Part shown: positions 8,762 through 16,647 of the stretch, one piece after another
How positions within the stretch are numbered: the stretch's first letter is position 1
How the letters are laid out: each line of letters begins with the position of its first letter
Source of the DNA: Bryobacterales bacterium
GTDB lineage: Bacteria; Acidobacteriota; Terriglobia; Bryobacterales; Bryobacteraceae
Length of the DNA: 64,000 nucleotides
Direction: 5' to 3'
Assembly: GCA_003152325.1 (NCBI GenBank)
Contig: PLZX01000060.1
Location: forward strand, 14,534 to 78,533
Translations under genes and position numbers: made by a program
Notes under the pieces: generated by a model
Told to the model about the DNA's origin: nothing
The model's database searches: none
What the model saw: the letters and a program-made list of their open reading frames with translations, nothing else

Positions 8762-10129
8762 TCAGATCTCGAAGTCTTCCGGTTTGAATTCGAGCCGGGT
8801 ACGCGCCTCTACGGCCTGGTTGACCTTGAGCACTGTCACAGCAGTCTCATAGCCTATTTCTCCGGGACAGTTCAGCTTGGTTTTGCCTCGAACGGCCCCG
8901 AAGAAATTCTCCAAATGCGGCTGATGGTATTTCTTCCTCATCTGCACGGGGATGCCATAACTGGGAGGAGGAGCGGTTTCGCGGACATCCAATACCGCCG
9001 CGGGTTTGGCCAGCTTGACCTCTTCCACCGGCGCCAGCAACAGGCCGTCTTTGACGAAAGGCTTCCAATCCGGCGCGTTGGCTACGTCGCGATAAATTGA
9101 ACCACGGCCAGCCGATTCCGAAAGTTCCAGCGCGCCTTGATCGCCCATGAAGACTTCGTAATAACCGCCAAAACCATTGGTGGTGAGTGTCTGGTAGAAG
9201 GCGCGAACCACGCCGTGCGGCGTCTCGTAATCGTAGACCGCCATCACGGTGTCATACCATTCGTGCGTGGCTTTGCTGTAGTAATCCGTGCCGCCGCTAG
9301 CCATCACACCTTTCGGACGCGCATCCAGGTACCAGTTGAAAACGTCGATCTGATGCGAACCCAGATCCACAATCGGCCCGCCGCCCAAACCGCGGAACCA
9401 GCGCCAGTTGAGGAACTGCTGCATCGACTGGAAGCCGTATTTCTCCAGGATCTCCGGCTTGATGGCATACCGCTCCGGCATGGTGGCAAACTCGCGCTTG
9501 GCGCGGTTCCACTGTCCGTTGATAGTGGTCATCCTGCCCAACAGTTTGGCTTCTGCGATGAGCTTCTCATAACAGAACCGGTAGCGCGGATTGCTGCGGC
9601 GCTGGTGTCCGATTTGCAGCAACCTCCCGGTCTCGCGGGAGGTTTGCACCATGCGGCGCGCGTCCGCCAGGCTGTTGGACATCTCCTTCTCGCAGTAGAC
9701 GTCCAGCCCGGCTTTCATGCAGGCGATGGCGTGCTCGGCGTGCCAGAAATCCGGGGTGGCGATCAGAACGGCATCGATCTTTCCCTTCTCCTTGTCGAGT
9801 AACTCGCGGTAGTCCACATAGGCATTGTTGGGATGCCCGCTGTCTTTCATCAGGCGCGAAACGCGCCGCTGGTTGTAGTCCGTCCAGATATCGCAAACCG
9901 CAACAAAGCGCACGTCGGGAATCTGGAAAGAGGCGTCCAGCAGAACCTGCCCCTGGGCACCCGCGCCGATAAGCGCGACGCGAACTTCGTTCGAAGCCCG
10001 GTTGACCGCGGAGATAGGAGTGGCGGCGCCGGCCAGGGTCGCCCCGGCCACCGTAGCTGCCTTGAGGAACTCACGCCGATCCATCGATTTTGTGTCGTCC
10101 TGCAAACTCATGCATTTCTCTCCAGCCAC
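8762..10129 (-). CDS. Gfo/Idh/MocA family oxidoreductase with twin-arginine signal (Gfo1)
   Basis: MDRREFLKAATVAGATLAGAATPISA Tat motif. Rossmann block VRVALIGAGAQG. EKP motif (VYCEKEM). Stop lies 2 nt before the cytochrome ATG. Confidence 0.85.
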   Translation of the reverse strand: MAGEKCMSLQDDTKSMDRREFLKAATVAGATLAGAATPISAVNRASNEVRVALIGAGAQGQVLLDASFQIPDVRFVAVCDIWTDYNQRRVSRLMKDSGHPNNAYVDYRELLDKEKGKIDAVLIATPDFWHAEHAIACMKAGLDVYCEKEMSNSLADARRMVQTSRETGRLLQIGHQRRSNPRYRFCYEKLIAEAKLLGRMTTINGQWNRAKREFATMPERYAIKPEILEKYGFQSMQQFLNWRWFRGLGGGPIVDLGSHQIDVFNWYLDARPKGVMASGGTDYYSKATHEWYDTVMAVYDYETPHGVVRAFYQTLTTNGFGGYYEVFMGDQGALELSESAGRGSIYRDVANAPDWKPFVKDGLLLAPVEEVKLAKPAAVLDVRETAPPPSYGIPVQMRKKYHQPHLENFFGAVRGKTKLNCPGEIGYETAVTVLKVNQAVEARTRLEFKPEDFEI

Positions 10130-10216
10130 TCACACACTCATGGCAGCCTGCCTAGAGGTTTCGGCGATTTCGATCACACCAACGCTTGCGGGCTGACCGC
10201 GCGCAAGCGAGCGCGA

Positions 10217-11860
10217 TTACCCGATGAGACCTTCGGGCTTCCAACCCGGCCGGTATTCGCGGTTGAGGTATTTATTGGCCTCTTCGACGTTGGTGATTCT
10301 GCCTGCCGCGGAATCCCAGAGAAGCTTCTGGCCGCCCATTCGATAGGAGATGGCCACCAGATTGAAAGCTTCCGTGATGGGTTGCGCCAACAGGAAATCG
10401 CCGAAGGTCGGCGGTCCGCCCTTGATGGCTTCCACCCATGGACCAGCGTCGTTCGACCGGCCGGGGCCTGTGCCGCGCTGTTCGGGGCGCAACGGCGGAC
10501 GGCCTCCGGCGGCGCCGGCAGCCGCGCTGAAATTCATGTCCTGCAGCGGAGGAGGTGCTGCGATGCTTCTTTCCTTGCGGAATTCGGTGAACTTGCTTTC
10601 CGGAATGATTCGCGGGTTGTCACACTCAAATCCAGCGAGGATTTTTCCTTTGTCGCCCACCAGCATCATGCCTTCATTCGGCAAGGACCGGTCATCGGCC
10701 AACAGTTCGTCCGGCGTGGGCGGTCTCATGCCGCCGTCATACCAGAACAGGTCGAGAGCCGGCCGATCGCCCTTCTCGCGAAAACGCATTCGCGCGGTGC
10801 TGGCCAGGGGGAAGGAATAATCGTTGCGAATGCGGCTGACCGCATGGTTCGCCACCACCTGGCAGCCGCTGCTGATATTGGTCTCGACACTGAACGGGGC
10901 ATCCAGATTGAAGGTCTGGAAAACCGGCCAGTTACTGTAAATGCCCATGTCGTTGATGGCGCCGCCACCAAAGTCGTACCATCCACGGAAGGTCGTGTGG
11001 GTGTACCACGGATGATAGGGACGATCCAGAGCCGGTCCGAGCCACAAGTTCCAATCGAAGTCCTTGGGGATGGGCGGCTTTTCGGTCGGCAAGGTGAGGT
11101 ATTGAGGCCACACCGGGCGGCTGGACCAGTTGTGAATCTGGCGAAGCTGGCCGATGGCGCCTTCCTTGATCCAACCGGCGGCGGTTCGAAGTCCCAGCGA
11201 AATGCTGGCGGGCATATAGTGCGTCTTGAGCTTGGTCCGGCGGGCGGTTTCGATCACCAACCGGCCCTCATTGAGACGGTTCGCCATGGGCTTCGCCACC
11301 ACCACGTGCTTGCCCTTGTTCATGGCGGCGATGGCCACAATGGCATGCAGGTGATCCGGCGTGATGACCTTGACCGCATCCAGGTCCTTTTCTTTCTCCA
11401 GCAGTTCGCGGAAATCAACGTAGGTATTCACGCTGGGGAAGTTGTCGGTGCCGCGCTTTTTGGCGTAGAAAGTCTCGATGATTTCCTTTCCGACGTCTCG
11501 TCCGCCGGGCACCCAGTCCTTGCCTTCCCGCCAGTTCGGCTCGTCCAGCATCCGGCGGATGTCGTCGCGTACGCCATTGGGTGACCATTCCAGGTAGTTG
11601 CGGCCATCCTTTTCGACATCGCAGACCGCGGTCAAGTGGACCGACGGGTTTTCCAGTAAACTGGCAACCTCCCGGATGGCTTCAGTGCCGAAGCCAACGT
11701 GTGCCACGGTAATCTTGTCGCTGGGAGCAACATATCCCCGGCCCAGTACATGCCTCGGGACGATCGTGAAGGCGGCGGTGGTCAGGGCCGCGGATCCCAG
11801 AAATTTGCGTCGATTTATGTCAGATTCCATCTGGTCCTCTTTTGATTGCCAACTCCACAA
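10217..11860 (-). CDS. Gfo/Idh/MocA family oxidoreductase with twin-arginine signal and C-terminal extension (Gfo2)
   Basis: INRRKFLGSAALTTAAFTIVPRHVLG Tat motif. ITVAHVGFGTEA Rossmann block. HVVVAKPMA. Alternative start ATG 11830 (MESDINRRKF). Could also be a GH109-like NAD-dependent glycosidase. Confidence 0.8.
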   Translation of the reverse strand: MWSWQSKEDQMESDINRRKFLGSAALTTAAFTIVPRHVLGRGYVAPSDKITVAHVGFGTEAIREVASLLENPSVHLTAVCDVEKDGRNYLEWSPNGVRDDIRRMLDEPNWREGKDWVPGGRDVGKEIIETFYAKKRGTDNFPSVNTYVDFRELLEKEKDLDAVKVITPDHLHAIVAIAAMNKGKHVVVAKPMANRLNEGRLVIETARRTKLKTHYMPASISLGLRTAAGWIKEGAIGQLRQIHNWSSRPVWPQYLTLPTEKPPIPKDFDWNLWLGPALDRPYHPWYTHTTFRGWYDFGGGAINDMGIYSNWPVFQTFNLDAPFSVETNISSGCQVVANHAVSRIRNDYSFPLASTARMRFREKGDRPALDLFWYDGGMRPPTPDELLADDRSLPNEGMMLVGDKGKILAGFECDNPRIIPESKFTEFRKERSIAAPPPLQDMNFSAAAGAAGGRPPLRPEQRGTGPGRSNDAGPWVEAIKGGPPTFGDFLLAQPITEAFNLVAISYRMGGQKLLWDSAAGRITNVEEANKYLNREYRPGWKPEGLIG

Positions 11861-12140
11861 CTTCCGGCGTGCCTGGAGGCGTCCGTGGATAGAGGATCGC
11901 CTACATCAATGATTGTGTGGGGATTCCGACTTGCCCACAAGGTGCGCTACGGCCAATTGCCTACGCTGGGTGAGTACGCTACGAAAAGGCAGGAAAAAGC
12001 CCTTTGTGTCTGATTTTCCAAGAGATTGCACGGGCTGGCCCGGGGCCTGAAAGCGCACGTAAAGAACAGTTGTGCACGGGCGATTGGGAGTAAGAAAAGC
12101 GGAAGAGTGTACCGATTGACAGTTTACGGTTATTATTATA

Positions 12141-12156
12141 CGATACTCTAGTACCG
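12141..12156. promoter_or_regulatory. candidate operator box CGATACTCTAGTACCG
   Basis: Lies in the AT-rich divergent region between Gfo2 and the cupin operon. Matches 58761..58776 (CGATACTATCGTACCG) at 13 of 16 positions. Confidence 0.3.
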
Positions 12157-12206
12157 AGTTGTGGTACAGCAAAAGCCGATAGGGCCAACCTAAAGGAGCC
12201 AGCTAG

Positions 12207-12551
12207 ATGAAAAGGGTTGAGCTGAAGGACGCAAAGCCGTACTCCGCCCCTAAGCACTTTGATGTGACTACATTGAGGCTGCAGGGCAGAGAGGAATCGG
12301 GGGCGCAGAAGTTCTGGATGGGCTTATCGCACTTCCTTCCGAGCGGCGGGGCGGAGTTCGACGCTTCTCCGACCGAGAAAATCTACTTTGTGCTGGACGG
12401 AGAAGTGACCATCACCGATGTCAACAATCAGCGAATCGTTCTAAAGGCGTGGGATTCCATTCACATCGGGCCGAACGAGGGCCGCTCCATCTGCAATGAA
12501 ACCAAGCGGCCGGCCAGCATGCTGGTGGTGATCAACTACCCCGAAGCTTGA
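12207..12551 (+). CDS. cupin domain protein
   Basis: 114-aa ORF with a cupin_2-like core (GGAEFDASPTEKIYFVLDGEVTI...WDSIHIGPNEGR). Confidence 0.75.
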   Translation: MKRVELKDAKPYSAPKHFDVTTLRLQGREESGAQKFWMGLSHFLPSGGAEFDASPTEKIYFVLDGEVTITDVNNQRIVLKAWDSIHIGPNEGRSICNETKRPASMLVVINYPEA

Positions 12552-12575
12552 CGGGCCGAAGAAGGAGCTCTCCAG

Positions 12576-13367
12576 ATGAACCACGAAGTGGACCTGAACT
12601 ATGTGCGAAGCATGTTCAGTTTGGCCGGCAAGGTCGCTATTGTCACAGGCGGCTCCGGAGCTTTAGGTAAAGCCGTAGCCCAGTCACTGGCAGCATACTG
12701 CGCGGACGTGGTGGTCACGGGGCGCACGCCGGAAACACTGGAACCCGTCGTTAAGGCGGTTGAGGAGATGGGGCGCCGCGGACTGGCGGTCACTTGCGAT
12801 CCCAACAAGGAAGACAGCGTCGTCCGCATGGTGGAACGCACGGTGGAAGTTTTCGGGACGGTGGACATCCTGGTGACGGTAGCCGGGATGGCGAAACGCG
12901 CGCCCGCGGAAGACTTCCCGATCGACGAGTGGCAGCAGGTGATGGACGCCAACGTTCGCGGGACTTTTCTGTGCTGCAAACATGTTGGCAAGATATTCAA
13001 GGAAAAGAAACGGGGAAAGATCATCACCATTTCTTCCGTTCGGGCCTTTGCCGGGCACCCCGGGGGCTATGCCGCGTACGGCACCAGCAAGGGGGCGGTC
13101 AACCTGCTGACCAAGCAACTGGCTACGGAATGGGCTAAGTACAACATCAATGTGAACTCCATCGCGCCCTGCATCTTCTGGACCCCGCTCACGCAGGAAG
13201 TTCTGGAAAACAAGGCGCTGCATGACGTGTTCATGTCCCGCATCCCGATGGGCAGGGCGGCCGTAACGCAGGATTTCGCCGGCGCCGCCGTGTACCTTGC
13301 TTCGCCGGCTTCCGACTTCGTCACAGGACAGATTCTTTACGTGGATGGCGGAGCAACCGCCGGCTAA
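12576..13367 (+). CDS. SDR family oxidoreductase
   Basis: TGGSGALGKA cofactor motif. Catalytic Y-x3-K (YAAYGTSKGA). Length 263 aa. Confidence 0.9.
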   Translation: MNHEVDLNYVRSMFSLAGKVAIVTGGSGALGKAVAQSLAAYCADVVVTGRTPETLEPVVKAVEEMGRRGLAVTCDPNKEDSVVRMVERTVEVFGTVDILVTVAGMAKRAPAEDFPIDEWQQVMDANVRGTFLCCKHVGKIFKEKKRGKIITISSVRAFAGHPGGYAAYGTSKGAVNLLTKQLATEWAKYNINVNSIAPCIFWTPLTQEVLENKALHDVFMSRIPMGRAAVTQDFAGAAVYLASPASDFVTGQILYVDGGATAG

Positions 13368-13400
13368 ACCGGCACCAACCGACGACAGAGGAGAAATCAA

Positions 13401-14198
13401 ATGGCAATGAAACTTGTTGATCTCAGTCACCCCTTCGGTTCCGGGTGCCCGCTGTGGCCCTATTTCGAAGACGTCAAAATCGAGCGCGTACACTATCACG
13501 CCAAATCGGGTGTGCTTTCGCAGAAAGTCACTACCGTGATGCACTGCACAACGCATGCGGATTCCCCGGCGCATGTGATTGAGGGACTGGCGTTCACTCA
13601 CGAAATCCCGCTCGATCTTTATTACGGCACGGGAGTGGTGGTCGACATTCCGAAGAAGAAGTGGGAACTGATCACGGCCGAGGATCTGGAGAACGCGACA
13701 CCCAAGATCGAGAAGGGCGACATCGTCATCATCCATACGGGCTGGAATCGTTATTGGGGAGACAGCACGCAGTATTTCTGCTATTCGCCGGGCCTTGGGC
13801 GCGAAGCGGGTGAGTGGCTGGTTCAGAAGGGCGTCAAATCAGTTGGTGTGGACCAGCAGGCGCTGGATCACCCGCTGCATACCGCCATCGGGCCACACGG
13901 TCCCGGGCCCATTATGCCCGCGGTCAACGCCGAGTACAAAGCACTCACCGGACACGAAGTGAAGCAGGATTTCCCCGAGTGGGAACCCTGCCATCATGCC
14001 CTGCTGAGCCACGGGATTGTGGGCTGGGAAAACGTGGGCGGCGACATTGCGAAAGTGGTGGGGAAGCGCGTCACCATCATGGGCTTCCCGATCCGCTGGT
14101 ATATGGGCGACGGTTCCATCGTCCGGTTAGTGGCGATGATCGACGAAGCCGACATGAACCAGGTGCCGGATCGCATCTACAAGTACGGCGTCGTCTAG
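13401..14198 (+). CDS. cyclase family protein (kynurenine formamidase-like metal hydrolase)
   Basis: HCTTHADSPAH matches the HxGTHxDxPxH cyclase-family motif. Length 265 aa. Confidence 0.8.
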   Translation: MAMKLVDLSHPFGSGCPLWPYFEDVKIERVHYHAKSGVLSQKVTTVMHCTTHADSPAHVIEGLAFTHEIPLDLYYGTGVVVDIPKKKWELITAEDLENATPKIEKGDIVIIHTGWNRYWGDSTQYFCYSPGLGREAGEWLVQKGVKSVGVDQQALDHPLHTAIGPHGPGPIMPAVNAEYKALTGHEVKQDFPEWEPCHHALLSHGIVGWENVGGDIAKVVGKRVTIMGFPIRWYMGDGSIVRLVAMIDEADMNQVPDRIYKYGVV

Positions 14199-14206
14199 CC
14201 AAATTC

Positions 14207-15124
14207 ATGGAGCACATTGCGGTTATAGGCGCCGGGCTGATGGGCCACGGCATCGCGCAGGTATTCGCGGTGCACGGGCACACGGTCGCGATCCATGACC
14301 CGGTTGCGGAGGTCCTGGCGCAGGTGCCCGAGCGGGTACGGGCGAATCTGAGCGCGCTGGGCCTCGCCGAGGCAGCGGCTGATCGAATCACCTTGCAGTC
14401 AACGCTAGCAGGAGCAGTTTCCGCGGCGGATGTGGTCTTCGAAGCGGCTCCCGAGGACCTGAAACTGAAGCAAACGATCTTCTTCGAACTCGCCGCGGCC
14501 ACACCGCCGGGCTGCATTCTAGCCAGTAACACGTCCGTGATTCCGATCGCCGAGATTTCCGCTCGGGTAGTGGACGCGCGGCGCGTCGTGGGCACGCACT
14601 GGTGGAACCCGCCCTATCTGATACCTCTGGTGGAAGTGGTCCAGGCTACCCGCACGGAGCCGGCAACCGTGGTCCGGATGATGGACTTACTGAAACGCGC
14701 CGGCAAAGTACCCGTACACGTGAAGCGGGACGTTCCAGGCTTCGTCGGAAACCGCCTGCAGCATGCTCTTTGGCGCGAAGCCATCTCCATTGTCGCGGCG
14801 GGCATTTGCGACGCCGAGACGGTCGACCTGGTGGTGAAGAACAGTTTCGGCATGCGTCTTCCAGTGCTGGCGCCTCTGGAGAATGCGGACCTGGTGGGAT
14901 TGGATCTCACGCTCGCGATCCACAACACCATCCTGCGGCACCTGGAAACGTCCGGAGAGCCGAGCCCGCTGCTGCAGCAATATGTGGAACAGCAGCGGCT
15001 CGGGATGAAAAGCGGCCGGGGATTCTACGACTGGACACCCGAAGCCGCGCAGCAAGTGCGCGACCGCCTGACCGCGCATCTTCGCAGGGTCACGGAGATT
15101 GGTCCGGCGGGTGAATCGAAATAA
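14207..15124 (+). CDS. 3-hydroxyacyl-CoA dehydrogenase family NAD-binding protein
   Basis: Start moved to ATG 14207 (MEHIAVIGAGLMGHGIAQVF, a GxGxxG Rossmann motif). The upstream part of track ORF 13814.. overlaps the cyclase gene in another frame. Confidence 0.85.
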   Translation: MEHIAVIGAGLMGHGIAQVFAVHGHTVAIHDPVAEVLAQVPERVRANLSALGLAEAAADRITLQSTLAGAVSAADVVFEAAPEDLKLKQTIFFELAAATPPGCILASNTSVIPIAEISARVVDARRVVGTHWWNPPYLIPLVEVVQATRTEPATVVRMMDLLKRAGKVPVHVKRDVPGFVGNRLQHALWREAISIVAAGICDAETVDLVVKNSFGMRLPVLAPLENADLVGLDLTLAIHNTILRHLETSGEPSPLLQQYVEQQRLGMKSGRGFYDWTPEAAQQVRDRLTAHLRRVTEIGPAGESK

Positions 15125-16630
15125 TCCTGAATCCCGAAGTTCAAGTGCGGGCGGCCGGTAAGGTCTGAGACAACAGAGGGGTGGAAACCAAGACCGCGGA
15201 CAAATCTGTTCCGCGGGAAATCACCGCTCTGCTGTCCAGCGAGCGGCTGATCCTAGCGCGAGACCAAACGGGCGGTCACGCCCTTCGGTGGAGTGGCCGT
15301 CTTCGTTTCCTTTCTACAGAGGATCGATTTTGGTGGGTCAACTGCGGCAGCACATGCCGGTCCAGTGGAAGTCACCGAATCAGATGGATCCCAGCTCTAC
15401 GTTCGTAGCCTTCCTGATGACCCTGCTGGTGGGTGCCAAGCGCTTCGCTCACGCCGCCCTGTTGCGGGGCGACCAGGCCCTGCAGGCGCTGTTGGGAATG
15501 AAACGGTTTCCCATCGACGACACCATCCGCAACCTGTTCCGGGCGTTCAGCATGGGACACGTACAACGCCTTTACGAGCCGCTGACCGAATGGCAGATGC
15601 AACGGTTGCCGCTGCGCGCCGAGGGCTATACGTTGGATCTGGATTCGACCGTCTTGGAGCGCTACGGCAAGCAGGAGGGATCGCTGAAAGGTCACAGCCC
15701 ACGCAAACACGGCCGCCCCAGTCATCATCCTCTACTGGCCGTGCTGAGCGAAGCGCACTTCCTCCTCCACGGCTGGCTCCGCAGCGGCAACTGCGGAACC
15801 GCCTGTGGCGCGAAGGAATTTCTCAAAGAAGCTCTCGCGCTGTGGGGACAGCGCCAGAAGATCCGTCGGCTAAGAGCTGATTCCGGCTTCTTCGCGGACC
15901 AGCTGCTGGGCTTTTTGGAACAGCGCCAGCTGCCCTACATTGTAGTCGCCCGCCTAGACGAAATGGGTAAAGCGGAGTGCGCAACGAGTGGAACAGTGGC
16001 GGGAAGTGGATGAGAACTTCGCGGTGGGCGAGTTCCGGCTACGGTTGCATGGCTGGAATGTGGAGCGGCGATTCGTGGCCATTCGGGAACGAGTGCGTGA
16101 GGGTCGGGACAGCGTAGGCCGCAAACTGATCGACGTGCCGGGCTACACCTTCCGCGTCTTCGTCACTAGTTGCCCCGACGCTCCCGAGGAGATCTGGCGC
16201 GATTACAACCGGCGCGCCGACATGGAAAACCGGATTGCCGAATTGAAGCACGACCTGGGCGCCGATGGCTTTTGCCTGAAGGAGTTCTTCGCCACCGAAG
16301 CCGCCTTTCGCGCGGTCCTGCTGCTGTTCAATCTCCTGGCCGAGTTCCAACGCGCCGCCGCATTGCCGAGCTATCGGGCTCCGGCGACGGTCCGCATGCA
16401 GGTCCGCACTTGCAGAGCCATTCTCGGCCGTGCCGGCCGCCGCCTGGTGGTCCACCTCTCCCAGAGTTGGGGCGGACTGAAATCACGAATCCCCTTGCTG
16501 GACAGCATCCTGACTTGTGAATTTCCAACTTCGCCGAAGTTGACGCCGGCCCTGGAAACCTGACCCGGAACGCCGCCGCCAAAACTCCCGCCGAAAGGAG
16601 AATCTATCGCTCAACTTCGGAATTCAGGAT
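15124..16630. mobile_element. decayed IS1380-like insertion sequence (1507 bp) with 18-bp terminal inverted repeats and 4-bp AATA target duplication
   Basis: IRL 15124..15141 is atcctgaatcccgaagtt. The reverse complement of IRR 16613..16630 is atcctgaattccgaagtt, a 17/18 match. Flanking direct repeats aata at 15120..15123 and 16631..16634. The interior encodes a DDE transposase broken across several frames. Confidence 0.8.
15181..16563 (+). pseudogene. IS1380-family DDE transposase, disrupted by multiple frameshifts
   Basis: Transposase-like text is spread over at least 3 frames. The pieces are VTPFGGVAVFVSFLQRIDFGG (frame of 15293), then QLRQHMPVQWKSPNQ...LDLDSTVLERYGKQEG...RSGNCGTACGAKEFL...RADSGFF (15288..16013), then WREVDENFAVGEF...YNRRADMENRIAELKHDLG (15988..16563). 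There is also an in-frame TAG at 15254. Confidence 0.75.
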
Positions 16631-16647
16631 AATAGTTCTTGCAGGCG

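Noticed and set aside
9833-11584. 583-aa + strand ORF
   Set aside because: It lies antisense to Gfo1/Gfo2, which have Tat signals and Rossmann motifs. It is an R/G/A-rich shadow ORF.
13814-14206. Long N-terminal extensions of track ORFs (13814.. for HADH, 31590..32093 for the amidohydrolase, 44990..45193 for the DRE-TIM enzyme, 52085..52153 for a6)
   Set aside because: The extensions overlap upstream genes in other frames and are R/P/G-rich. Internal ATGs with RBS-like purine tracts give N-termini that match family norms.
15181-16563. Programmed -1/+1 frameshifting to make an intact IS transposase
   Set aside because: At least three frame changes plus an in-frame stop are needed, and no slippery heptamer is visible. 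Decay is the simpler explanation.
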